IMG/VR virus record: IMGVR_UViG_3300023240_001094 | Location: 1-64,000 of that record | DNA length: 64,000 nucleotides | Origin: a virus | Reading direction: 5' to 3' (one strand) | Shown: positions 9,435 to 18,381 of the stretch, one piece after another | Layout: the number at the start of each line of letters is the position of its first letter | How positions within the stretch are numbered: position 1 is the stretch's first letter | Notes under the pieces: model-generated | Told to the model about the DNA's origin: nothing | The model's input: the letters and a program-made list of their open reading frames with translations, nothing else | The model's database searches: none | Position numbers and translations under genes: made by a program

Positions 9435-9520
9435 TCGGTGCAACAATCTGTACATATGTATAATGAAAAAAGCCAGATATATTTCTATACCTGGCTCTTA
9501 CTATTATATATCGTTATGGC

Positions 9521-9694
9521 TTACGCTGCTATTTGGAGTGTTTCTTCGATTTCTGCAATATGATCATCTAGATATGCCTTCTTATTAAGTACCTTATACA
9601 TTCTATCCGTTTTTCCTTGTTTTTTATATCTCTCTGCTGCCCAGCCAAGGGAACGAGAATCTTTTTTTAGGCGGTCGATTGTTACTGAAACCAT
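9521..9694 (-). CDS. small hypothetical protein ending LQIAA
   Basis: GGAG RBS then ATG at 9694 (MVSVTIDRLKK...). Confidence 0.6.
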   Translation of the reverse strand: MVSVTIDRLKKDSRSLGWAAERYKKQGKTDRMYKVLNKKAYLDDHIAEIEETLQIAA

Positions 9695-9710
9695 AAGTAT
9701 GTCTCCAAAT

Positions 9711-9744
9711 AAAAAAGGTGCCAACCGCGAAACGGTGGCACCTT
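9711..9744 (-). terminator. rho-independent terminator-like hairpin
   Basis: AAGGTGCCACCG-TTTCG-CGGTTGGCACCTT followed by T-run. Confidence 0.7.
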
Positions 9745-9773
9745 CTGTTTAAGTTTTAAGGTTATGTCTTAAA

Positions 9774-10187
9774 CTATAGCAAGCCAGGGAAAGCCTCCTG
9801 TGCTAACTTGAGTGTCAGACCTTTCACTGGCGGCTTTTTGTTAATCATTTTGCACACCAATTCTGCGTCCTTAGGATGAATTGATTCAACGATCCCAAGA
9901 AAAATCTTTTCACGTTTTACGGCAGGCATTTGTTCGCCTTTGCCGCCCTTTGCACAATATAGAAAGTCTTTGTGTTTTTTGAGTAGTGTAGTAGGAGCGT
10001 TATGTGCATCACATGCTGTGTATGGCACTTCTCCGGCCGGTAGCAACCACTGAATACGAGGATCGAGCGATCCTTGAACAATGTCACGTAGAGCAGCACT
10101 ATTATTCTGCTGCAGTACCATAATCTTTTCCGCTCGTGTTTCAGCTTTAGTAAACTTTTCAAGCACTTCGTAAATCATCAACGCCAT
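9774..10187 (-). CDS. conserved T4-like hypothetical protein
   Basis: LP.GEVPY, KREKIF...ESIHP.DA, AFP motifs; directly downstream of rnh. Confidence 0.7.
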   Translation of the reverse strand: MALMIYEVLEKFTKAETRAEKIMVLQQNNSAALRDIVQGSLDPRIQWLLPAGEVPYTACDAHNAPTTLLKKHKDFLYCAKGGKGEQMPAVKREKIFLGIVESIHPKDAELVCKMINKKPPVKGLTLKLAQEAFPGLL

Positions 10188-11041
10188 TAAACAAATTCTC
10201 CTACACAGTCAATTAGCAAGTTGCAGTTATGTGAAACAAGATACGTGAAAACCTTACTACGGTTTTTACTACGATCCTGTCCTACGAATGTATTTATAAT
10301 TTCCTGGCGCACTACTTCAGGACATTCTGATTCTTCAGTGAGATCAATCATTTTCTTGTTGCGAATATAGTTGCGATAGACATCTCCACCAAGAGCCTTT
10401 GGATCATCCATAAGGAGAGCTTTTTTCTTAGCACTAAGAACAACTTGGCGCCGGCCTTCAACAAACACACGATCGTCAGACAGCACATTTGGAACACCGT
10501 CACCACTATCACCCTTAAGGAAGTGTTCCATCTGTTCAAGACGCGGATTATCTACTGTAATGAATTTCTTTGTTATAGGTGAGTATTGTGCAACATTAGA
10601 GTACTTGTGCAATTGCTTGAAGTCTTTGTCTGACGACACAATCATGATTTCCTCATAGTTACCAAATTCCTGAGACCATTTAACGATTTCAGCAATAGAG
10701 TCATCGGCCTCGCAGCCATATTGGTTGATGGTCTTATACGGAAAGTACTCACCAAGTTCATCAAAAACTTTGTTGATTGTAGAGAACGCAACGTCCCAAT
10801 CGATTTTAGATTCTTCACGTGATAAGCCACGTTTGCCCTTATATTCAGGGTATACCTTCTTGCGCCAGTTGCCACCATTATCACCGATGACAACAACCTC
10901 GCCGTATTTGCTTCCAAACCTTTTGCGATACATACGGATGCTATTAAGGATCATATGCCGAATAAGATTTTCATCACTCCAGTGAGCAGCGCCCATGGCA
11001 ATAGGGGCAATTGAAATTCCTGAATAGTCAATTAAGATCAT
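10187..11041 (-). CDS. rnh: T4-type RNase H (5'-3' exonuclease)
   Basis: MILID, WRKK.YP.YK, EADD, SSDKDF.QL, GDSGDGVPN. Confidence 0.93.
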   Translation of the reverse strand: MILIDYSGISIAPIAMGAAHWSDENLIRHMILNSIRMYRKRFGSKYGEVVVIGDNGGNWRKKVYPEYKGKRGLSREESKIDWDVAFSTINKVFDELGEYFPYKTINQYGCEADDSIAEIVKWSQEFGNYEEIMIVSSDKDFKQLHKYSNVAQYSPITKKFITVDNPRLEQMEHFLKGDSGDGVPNVLSDDRVFVEGRRQVVLSAKKKALLMDDPKALGGDVYRNYIRNKKMIDLTEESECPEVVRQEIINTFVGQDRSKNRSKVFTYLVSHNCNLLIDCVGEFV

Positions 11042-11067
11042 GATGTAGTCCTTTTGTTATATTAATT

Positions 11068-11103
11068 ATATTAGTTATACCACATAGAGTTACCAATGTA
11101 CAC
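11068..11103 (-). promoter_or_regulatory. early-type sigma70-like promoter
   Basis: GTGTACA...TGTGGTATAACTAATATA, same motif as at ~25300 and ~45770. Confidence 0.75.
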
Positions 11104-11105
11104 AC

Positions 11106-11531
11106 CTATTTTAGTAAACTTTGGACATGCGTGCGATGTATCTTACAGTTGATAATTCCATTATAGTAACTATCATCTAGCAAGACATTCCTGTCGAACT
11201 GTTCCTTTGCCTCAAGATAGCCGAGCTCACCTTTAGACTTGCCGAAGTGGATAATTTCGCGGTGGAAATTATCCACGCCGTGCTCAACAAGTCTCTGTTT
11301 TACTAGATCACTTGATCCGTAATACTTCATCCAATCAGACTCAGTAACAGATCTACGCTTGCGCGTTTTACCCTTCAAAGGTTTAAGTGTTTTTTTGGCC
11401 CAGAATTGCTTCTTGCCTACATACTTTTTTGAGTTGGTTTTGTCTGTGATAACGTAGACAAATCCAACCCATTTTTTTAATTCTTCTTCATCAGGTTCGT
11501 AAACCTTACCGCCATAGTGCCACATGACCAC
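11106..11531 (-). CDS. SegE-like GIY-YIG domain protein
   Basis: GFVYVIT...KYVGKK, YYGSS, FHREI, YYN. Confidence 0.75.
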   Translation of the reverse strand: MVMWHYGGKVYEPDEEELKKWVGFVYVITDKTNSKKYVGKKQFWAKKTLKPLKGKTRKRRSVTESDWMKYYGSSDLVKQRLVEHGVDNFHREIIHFGKSKGELGYLEAKEQFDRNVLLDDSYYNGIINCKIHRTHVQSLLK

Positions 11532-11573
11532 AATCCTTATACAACATATTAGTGCTAATGTTGTATATATGCC

Positions 11574-11729
11574 TTAGAATTCTTCGTCGTCATCTCCATC
11601 AAAGAAAGCATGCCCCGACACTTGGCCACACATAGAGCAAAATGAAGGTTCTTCTCTTTCGTCAACTACCACAACCCGAGTCTCTGAGCCACAGTAGTCG
11701 CATTCGCAAATGTATTCTGATAGTTTCAA
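11574..11729 (-). CDS. small zinc-ribbon protein
   Basis: CDYC...CSMC; TTG start after GAGG. Confidence 0.65.
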   Translation of the reverse strand: MKLSEYICECDYCGSETRVVVVDEREEPSFCSMCGQVSGHAFFDGDDDEEF

Positions 11730-11731
11730 TT

Positions 11732-11746
11732 TTATGCCTCGCAGTT
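11732..11746 (-). pseudogene. orphan nrdA 3'-end remnant (NCEA*)
   Basis: AAC TGC GAG GCA TAA mirrors the nrdA end SCEG*, on the far side of the inserted endonuclease gene. Confidence 0.5.
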
Positions 11747-11754
11747 CTAATTTG

Positions 11755-11823
11755 TATAAATAGTAATGTAGGTCACGGAATTGCACTTCCCACCTACTCT
11801 AGAAACAAAAGGAATTCCAGTTC
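11755..11823 (+). promoter_or_regulatory. late promoter TATAAATA plus structured leader, copy A
   Basis: GTAGGT-CAC-GGAA-TTGCAC-TTCC-C-ACCTAC-TCTAGAAACA...TTCCAG; covaries with 59112-59183. Confidence 0.8.
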
Positions 11824-12474
11824 ATGTATATATATATATATGTCTATTATGTTTACGCCTACATCAGACTTGACGGCACACCCTACTATATAGGTAAAGG
11901 GAGGGGCAAAAGAGCATATTCAAAACAACATTCTGTATGGGTTCCTAATAGAGAATCTGGACAAATAGTTATACTTGAAAATAATCTTTCGGAAGTAGGC
12001 GCATTTGCGATTGAAAGAAGACTTATCAGATGGTGGGGCAAGAAACACGAAGGTGGACTACTCTACAATAAAGCCGATGGTGGTGAAGGTAGAAGTGGAT
12101 ATAGTATATCTCGGCCACACACAGAAGAATCTAAGCAAAAAATGTCTAAAGCAAAGCAAGGTAAAAGTTATCCGAGACTTACTTCAGCTAATAGAAAAAC
12201 TGCCGAAAAAAGACGAAATGTCCGTCTATCTGAAGAACATAAAGCCAAAATATCTGCTGGCATGAAAGGTAGAGTTATGACAGAAAATCATAAAGCAAAT
12301 TTATCTAAGGCTAATGTTGGTCGTCCAGTAAGTGACGAAACCCGTTTGAAAATGAAACTAAAAAATTCAGTCAAGTCTACCTGTCCACACTGTGGTAAAG
12401 GAGGTGGTGGTAGCGCAATGAAGCGCTACCACTTTGATAATTGTAAGTCTATTAAACATTCATCCTTCGCATGA
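11824..12474 (+). mobile_element. free-standing GIY-YIG homing endonuclease with NUMOD3 repeats
   Basis: YYVYAY...PYYIGKG, LYN; repeated HTEESKQKMS / LSEEHKAKIS motifs; opposite strand, convergent with nrdA. Confidence 0.88.
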
Positions 12475-14103
12475 AATGCATAGCATGATATCACGCACAA
12501 GTTCTTGTGCTGGATTAGATGACCGCTGGTAGTAGAAAGTTTTTACACCCAAACGCCATCCTTCAATAATCAACGCGTTTATGTCTTTTGTTGATGCAGT
12601 TGGTGGAATCATAAGATTGAGTGATTGGCTCTGGTCTATATATTCTTGTCTTGCAGCAGCCTGCTGAACAACATTAATAGGACTAATCTCAGAGAATGTC
12701 TTAAACACATCTTTTTCATTCTGAGTGAGAAAGTCAAGATGCTGAACAGAACCTTTCCTCATTAAGATTGAATCCCAGGTTGCATCATCATTCTTGCCGT
12801 AATGATCTAGACATCTAGCAAGATAACGGTTCTTATACGTGAAGGACCCTTTAGCCAAATCCTTAACAAAGTAGTTTGATGCAAGTGGCTCGATTGACGG
12901 CGATACTTGACCAAGGATAAATGATGAAGATGTTGTAGGAGCGATGGCGCAACGAGTAAGATTGCGTACATCATAACCCATAAGACCTGACGGAACACCA
13001 TACTCTTCTGCCATTTCCTTTGATGCGTCAAGTGATTTTTCATCGATGAATCTACTAATTTCTTCAGTTAGTTCAAGTGCTTGGAATGACTCAAATGGGA
13101 TCATTTTCTTCTGTAGAAGTGTGTGCCATCCAAGCTGACCAATTCCAAGAGCACGCCAGGTTTTTGCAAAGAGATTGGCCGACTCCATAAACTTAAGACC
13201 TTCTGTTTTGCGGATATATTCTTCCATAACAGCATCAAGGAAATATGTGAGAGTTTCTACAGCGTCAGTATATTTCCATTTGTCCCAGGTAGAAAGGTTC
13301 ATTGATGATAGGTTACACACAAATGTCCATTCATCGCTTGATGGCAGACAGATTTCTGAGCAGAGATTTGACGCCCAGATAGGAATGTTTTTGTCTTTAA
13401 GAACCTGTGGTTTATTGTCATTCACAGTATCAGAGAAGAACAGATATGGATAACCAGTTTCCTTGCGCTTTCTGAGCACCTTAGCCCATACTTCGCGTTT
13501 GTCTGCATCGCCATCAATCATTTCCTGCATCCAGTAATCTGGAATAGTAACACCAATTGAGATATTCTGAATGGTTGCACCAGGTTCACGGATTTCTAGG
13601 AATTCCATAATATCAGGGTTATCAATGTTAAGATAACCAGCAAAAGCCCCGCGGCGAGTGGTACCTTGAGAAATAACGTCAGTGCCAACATCAAACAAGC
13701 GAAGGTAATGAACTGCTCCATCTGCTTTGCCTCCTCCTTTAATTTTACTACCACGTGGTCGAATATCACCAAAATATCCAGATGTTCCTGCGCCGAGTTT
13801 GGTTTGGACACCAACCTCAGCTGTTTTTTGTAGAATAGCCTCAATAGAATCTTCCACGTAAACACCATTACATGAAATAGGAAGCCCTGTTTCTTCACCA
13901 AAATTTGACCATACTGGAGAGGAAAGGCTATAAAAACCCTGACTCATATAATCATAGAACTTGTTAGCAAATCCCGGGTAGTCCAAGATTTCTTCTGCTG
14001 CTTCCGCAATTCTGCGTACGCGATCTTCAGGAGTCACACCTGGTTGTAAATACCCACGACTGAGGAACGTGCGTGAATCGTCGTTTAGCCATTTAAATGC
14101 CAT
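12460..14103 (-). CDS. nrdA: ribonucleotide reductase alpha subunit (no ATP cone; class Id-like)
   Basis: PISC, SNLCSEI, VCNL, AIAPT, KTFYY, C-terminal CISCEG. Confidence 0.95.
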   Translation of the reverse strand: MAFKWLNDDSRTFLSRGYLQPGVTPEDRVRRIAEAAEEILDYPGFANKFYDYMSQGFYSLSSPVWSNFGEETGLPISCNGVYVEDSIEAILQKTAEVGVQTKLGAGTSGYFGDIRPRGSKIKGGGKADGAVHYLRLFDVGTDVISQGTTRRGAFAGYLNIDNPDIMEFLEIREPGATIQNISIGVTIPDYWMQEMIDGDADKREVWAKVLRKRKETGYPYLFFSDTVNDNKPQVLKDKNIPIWASNLCSEICLPSSDEWTFVCNLSSMNLSTWDKWKYTDAVETLTYFLDAVMEEYIRKTEGLKFMESANLFAKTWRALGIGQLGWHTLLQKKMIPFESFQALELTEEISRFIDEKSLDASKEMAEEYGVPSGLMGYDVRNLTRCAIAPTTSSSFILGQVSPSIEPLASNYFVKDLAKGSFTYKNRYLARCLDHYGKNDDATWDSILMRKGSVQHLDFLTQNEKDVFKTFSEISPINVVQQAAARQEYIDQSQSLNLMIPPTASTKDINALIIEGWRLGVKTFYYQRSSNPAQELVRDIMLCISCEG

Positions 14104-14112
14104 TATATTTCC

Positions 14113-15081
14113 TTAAAATAAATCATCTGCTGATACGCCTTGACCACGGGCATAGTCTACTGGTCTGCCATTGAAAAAGTCAACCATGTTGGTTCCATAT
14201 AAACCCTCATCAAACCATCTGGTTTCCTTAATCAAATCTTTGTCATATGTTAATTCACTTGAAAAGCCAATTTGCTCTAGTGATTCAACCATACGCTTCT
14301 TAATGAATTCAACTAGAATTTCTGAGTTCAATCCTGGTACTGAGTATTCACCCATAATCCAACGGATCACTTCCGACTCACAGCGGATTGACTCTTCACA
14401 TTCAAGTCGAATACGATCTTCAAGTTCTTCGTCGAACAGTTCTGGATACTCTTCACGGAGTGTGTTAATCAGTTTAATACCGACCTGAGCATGAAGCATT
14501 TCTTCATTACGCGTGTATTTAACTTGCTGTGCTGTATCCTTAAGGATAGCTTTGTTTTTGTTCATATGCAAGATGATGTAGAACTGGCTGAACAATGACA
14601 CATTCTCAACAAACAATGTGAATAGTGTGATAGCATAGATATACTGTTTACGGTCATCTGCATATACCTTCTTGAGGTACTTACGGAGATAGTCAACACG
14701 GCCAGCAACAACCGGGTGTTTCATGTTTTCTTCAAAGATGTCATTGAGCTGAAGAACTTCAAGGAGCTTTTCATATGCCATGTTATGGATAACTTCAGAG
14801 TTACCCATCGCGTATCCAAGATCACGTAGTGATGGATGTGGTAGGTTATCACCTAGGTTAGACCAAAATGTTTTCACCGCAACTTCTATCTGACCAATTG
14901 CTGATAGTGTGCGGACAAGGATCCGTCTTTCTTCTGGACTCATGTCAGTCTTAAACTGACTATAATCAGACGTGAAATTGAATTCATCAGGAGTCCAAAA
15001 CCCACTCCAAATTGCTTCAATAAAATCCTTGGTCCAAGGGTACATGTCAGGTTTTCTTGAGATTTGTTCTTCGAATAGCAT
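14113..15081 (-). CDS. nrdB: ribonucleotide reductase beta subunit (class Id-like)
   Basis: FWTPDE, QIEVAVK, EVIH...Y, VENVSLF, EEMLH, DFF. Confidence 0.95.
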   Translation of the reverse strand: MLFEEQISRKPDMYPWTKDFIEAIWSGFWTPDEFNFTSDYSQFKTDMSPEERRILVRTLSAIGQIEVAVKTFWSNLGDNLPHPSLRDLGYAMGNSEVIHNMAYEKLLEVLQLNDIFEENMKHPVVAGRVDYLRKYLKKVYADDRKQYIYAITLFTLFVENVSLFSQFYIILHMNKNKAILKDTAQQVKYTRNEEMLHAQVGIKLINTLREEYPELFDEELEDRIRLECEESIRCESEVIRWIMGEYSVPGLNSEILVEFIKKRMVESLEQIGFSSELTYDKDLIKETRWFDEGLYGTNMVDFFNGRPVDYARGQGVSADDLF

Positions 15082-15195
15082 CTAATTTCTCCGGGTAAAG
15101 CTGTATAAGACATCGGTCCTGAAAACTATTTCAGGCAACAGCCTATATTGTTTTGATTTCTGATACCATTATATATAAGATCTCAGGTCTTGTAA

Positions 15196-15241
15196 ACACT
15201 ACATATTGCTATATTCACAAAATATTTTACACCATATTGCC
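15196..15241. promoter_or_regulatory. candidate tandem NrdR boxes overlapping the nrdBA promoter
   Basis: ACACTACATATTGCT and TTACACCATATTGCC start 31 bp apart; the first overlaps the GTGTTTACA -35. Confidence 0.45.
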
Positions 15242-15595
15242 TTAGTCGGCTGGTGGACCTGTTATTGCCTTTTCGTAGTAAGCAATAATTTCTTTCTGTT
15301 GTAGAATGTATCTACGGAGCTCTCCGACACCTATTGATAGGTTTTCATAGCCTTTTGGTGTGATCGCCATAAATGTGACCGATCCACCATGTTCATCAAT
15401 CCTCTTCATAGCCTCGTCGAAGTTTTCTTCTGATACAACGAACCATTCACTATCCGGAAAGTCTATAGGTTTTGGCCAAGCCTGAATAGGGATATTACGT
15501 TCAGTAAATTTGGTCTGTGTTACAATCTCTTTATCAATAGAAGAGGTACAGTTACTCAGAATCAGCAGGGCTGGAATCAACAGGAGTAGTTTCAT
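15242..15595 (-). CDS. o-spanin (outer-membrane lipoprotein)
   Basis: Lipobox LSN-C; overlaps the upstream coiled-coil TM gene, as in T4 pseT.3/pseT.2. Confidence 0.7.
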   Translation of the reverse strand: MKLLLLIPALLILSNCTSSIDKEIVTQTKFTERNIPIQAWPKPIDFPDSEWFVVSEENFDEAMKRIDEHGGSVTFMAITPKGYENLSIGVGELRRYILQQKEIIAYYEKAITGPPAD

Positions 15596-15956
15596 CTTTT
15601 AGTTCCTCTCTTAGTCTGTCAATAGCGTTGTTTATACGAATAGCAAATCCATCAGGATCAGCCTGAGCTTCTCGTACAATATCGATTTGGCTAAATCTTT
15701 TTCTTAATCCATCAAGTTTACCTTCAGCTGCCTGTAGGTTAGCCGTAAGCTCTCTATTGAGTTCTTCATTACGCTCTTGATTTTCTTCCATGGAGTCAAC
15801 AGTCGCCTGAAGGGTCTCGGCTACTGTTTTGAGTTTGATGTTATTTTCACGTAGCAACGCAATTGTTGCCTGAGTCGATGTATAGTACCAATATACTCCA
15901 CGAGACACAGAAGCAACCATTGCTATAATAAAGATTGCAACGTAAATTTTAATCAT
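15552..15956 (-). CDS. i-spanin
   Basis: N-terminal TM followed by long coiled coil. Confidence 0.7.
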   Translation of the reverse strand: MIKIYVAIFIIAMVASVSRGVYWYYTSTQATIALLRENNIKLKTVAETLQATVDSMEENQERNEELNRELTANLQAAEGKLDGLRKRFSQIDIVREAQADPDGFAIRINNAIDRLREELKDETTPVDSSPADSE

Positions 15957-16138
15957 TTCTTATCATCCATATATTGTCTGAATCTTTTAAGAACAACCGG
16001 AGCTTTGTCCTTACGGCGTCGACGGTCTGTTACATTATGTGCTTTAAACCGAGGACCCATATTCTTCGTGTCATTAGGAATACCAGCAGATGCCGCAGTA
16101 TTACCGAGCTCTTCTTCTAGCGGGTTTCTTTGTTTCAT
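15953..16138 (-). CDS. hypothetical protein
   Basis: ORF track; ATGA overlaps. Confidence 0.55.
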   Translation of the reverse strand: MKQRNPLEEELGNTAASAGIPNDTKNMGPRFKAHNVTDRRRRKDKAPVVLKRFRQYMDDKK

Positions 16139-16731
16139 CTAACAATCTCCGATGATGTGATGTATACTTTTTTGTTTGTTCTGATATGAGTTGCTTCATA
16201 GATGTTAATTCCAAAAATAGTGCCGACTGGTTTCGCATCTTCGGCAACCTTTACCTTAGATCCTTTGGCAACTGTCATTTCAACACCTTCAATGATCTTT
16301 TCATTCTTAAGAATATAAACTCCTGGAGACAGTGTTTGATCCTTTAATACGAACCAATTGTTTTCTTCAACCAACAAATCAGTCGGATCAACACCAATGT
16401 CACCAAGACCCTTTAAAATCTTTTTCTCTGATACACTATAGTTTTCTTTAATAAGGTATAATGCGGCGGCATAAGACGCAAGCCGAGAGCTTCCACCTGG
16501 CGCTTTTGCCATAAGACGTTTCACATTAAATACAAGACGATGAAACGGTGTGTAAAAATTCTTAAACGCATCACGGTTTTCAATTGTATTCATTGAATAG
16601 TCTTTGTTGCGTTTTCCTGCAGCATCAATAATGCCTACCTCGAACGCTTTTGTTTTGTCAAATGGTGTTGTAAGAAGTGTGAGAAATCTAAATGTATAGA
16701 CTAAATCACCAGCGCGTTTAATTATACCCAT
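16135..16731 (-). CDS. conserved T4-like hypothetical protein
   Basis: DLVYTFRFL..L..PF, GIID..G, YTPFHRLVFN.KR, SYAAAL.LIKE. Confidence 0.7.
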   Translation of the reverse strand: MGIIKRAGDLVYTFRFLTLLTTPFDKTKAFEVGIIDAAGKRNKDYSMNTIENRDAFKNFYTPFHRLVFNVKRLMAKAPGGSSRLASYAAALYLIKENYSVSEKKILKGLGDIGVDPTDLLVEENNWFVLKDQTLSPGVYILKNEKIIEGVEMTVAKGSKVKVAEDAKPVGTIFGINIYEATHIRTNKKVYITSSEIVR

Positions 16732-16732
16732 A

Positions 16733-17101
16733 TTATAGTTCCTTAAGTTTTTTCTCAATGATTGGATCTGATTCAATATCAGCAAATTGACCAATTCGAA
16801 CGTATTTTAAAAATTCTAAAAATGGTTTAACAGATCGCCAGTGATCGTCATTAAATTTTATAGCAAGTATTCTAAGACTTGCATATGGACCAAATACGTT
16901 AAATATGACTACAAGATGGTTTAAAATTAATCTCGTCTGTAAATCACCTGTTTCAATGTTTCTGTTTAAGAGTCGTTTAACGTACTTAAAACGTTTGAGG
17001 TCAGCATAAAACTCATCCGGATCTATTGTTCCTAAAGGTGAGTAATAATGCTTGACCGCAAACTTTACCAAATTTTCTTCAAGCAATTCATCATTATTCA
17101 T
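16733..17101 (-). CDS. conserved T4-like hypothetical protein
   Basis: EFY.DLKRFKY.KRL, RLILNH motifs. Confidence 0.7.
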   Translation of the reverse strand: MNNDELLEENLVKFAVKHYYSPLGTIDPDEFYADLKRFKYVKRLLNRNIETGDLQTRLILNHLVVIFNVFGPYASLRILAIKFNDDHWRSVKPFLEFLKYVRIGQFADIESDPIIEKKLKEL

Positions 17102-17107
17102 ATTATG

Positions 17108-17416
17108 TTATCTTTTTACCATTCCGGCTACTATATCTAGTAATTTTTTTCTTGAGGATCTACGGTCAAGCTCAACGCCAAATTCTTTACGAGCATATGC
17201 CTCAAGACCTTTTTTAGTCATTGCTTCAATATCATCATGGATACCATTAGTAGTAGTATCTATTACAATTTCTTCCTCAATTTTTACGCCGTTAAACGCG
17301 TCAATATCAGACTGTGAAAGTTTCTGTGACTTAAGTAGTTCCCCAGTCTTGGGGTGGCACCAACCCTTTAGAGTTGGTACCGCATTTTTTGCAAAATTAG
17401 GAGCTGCGATAGCCAT
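17108..17416 (-). CDS. hypothetical protein
   Basis: ORF track. Confidence 0.6.
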   Translation of the reverse strand: MAIAAPNFAKNAVPTLKGWCHPKTGELLKSQKLSQSDIDAFNGVKIEEEIVIDTTTNGIHDDIEAMTKKGLEAYARKEFGVELDRRSSRKKLLDIVAGMVKR

Positions 17417-17418
17417 TA

Positions 17419-18372
17419 TTATTTCCCATCATTCTTTGGCATTGTTTTGTCGCCAGCATCATTGTCCCCAGTTCGCTTTGGTGCTTTCTTTGTCATTGAC
17501 TTAAATGTCTTAAAGTTAAGAGCATTTGTTGCAAGCTCGTCAGTAGCCGGATTCATTGGTGTTGTTCTATCTAGCTCTTTTTTAGCGGATGGTGAAAGAC
17601 CTTCGCCACGAGGAGAGCCATTGTTCATGTTACCATGATTCACTGCTTCATTTTTACCCGACATAGTTGGAGCATCATGTGTACCTTTTTTAAGGCGGCC
17701 AATGATTCGACCACCGCTATTAGCTACAACGAAATCACCGTTGTTTGCAACAGAGGTTCTATGACCGTGGTCTTTTGGCAGTCTTGTTTTACCAAGAGCT
17801 TTTAGCATAAGTTTATGGTTGGCATCGGTTTTAGCTTCGTCTAGTTCAACTTCTTCGTTCATCATTTTTCTGTGCAGCGCCTTAACTTGCTTTGCCCCAA
17901 GGATTACCATGTCCTTTCCGAAGGACGATGTTTGTACAAAAGTAATGCCACCATCAGCTTCGTGAACAGCTTTAACACCGCCACCCAAATCTTGGATTAC
18001 TTTTTTAGCTTCATCCAGTTCTTCAACAGATTCTTGTGTCAGAACTTCAACCTCGGTTTCTTGGCTTTTGCCTTTCATCGATTTTGAAACGCCTTTGCGG
18101 CGCTTATGAAGATATTCATCAGATGAGTCCACATCACCATCGTTATCAATGTCTTTGTCTTTGCGGTCTTTGTGTTTACCTTTAAGAGCCTTGGCATCCA
18201 CTGGATCCATTGCTTCTTTTTTGGTTTTGTCTTCTTTATCCCAAGGAGCTTTAGCAAGGGATACTTTATCCTTTGGTTGTGCTTTAACGCTTGCAAGCGC
18301 TCGGTCTTTAGCTGAAGCTTCAGCAACTTGTGCATATGCTTTTGCCATTGTGAGAATGTCTTTATAGTTCAT
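17419..18372 (-). CDS. putative head-internal protein
   Basis: Charged low-complexity sequence, repeated ELDEAK, DIDNDGDVD EF-hand-like motif. Confidence 0.55.
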   Translation of the reverse strand: MNYKDILTMAKAYAQVAEASAKDRALASVKAQPKDKVSLAKAPWDKEDKTKKEAMDPVDAKALKGKHKDRKDKDIDNDGDVDSSDEYLHKRRKGVSKSMKGKSQETEVEVLTQESVEELDEAKKVIQDLGGGVKAVHEADGGITFVQTSSFGKDMVILGAKQVKALHRKMMNEEVELDEAKTDANHKLMLKALGKTRLPKDHGHRTSVANNGDFVVANSGGRIIGRLKKGTHDAPTMSGKNEAVNHGNMNNGSPRGEGLSPSAKKELDRTTPMNPATDELATNALNFKTFKSMTKKAPKRTGDNDAGDKTMPKNDGK

Positions 18373-18381
18373 TTTATTTCC

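Noticed and set aside
11826-11841. (TA)n microsatellite as a phase-variation switch
   Set aside because: Currently in frame and explainable by Tyr/Ile codons at the GIY-YIG start; one sequence gives no evidence of variation
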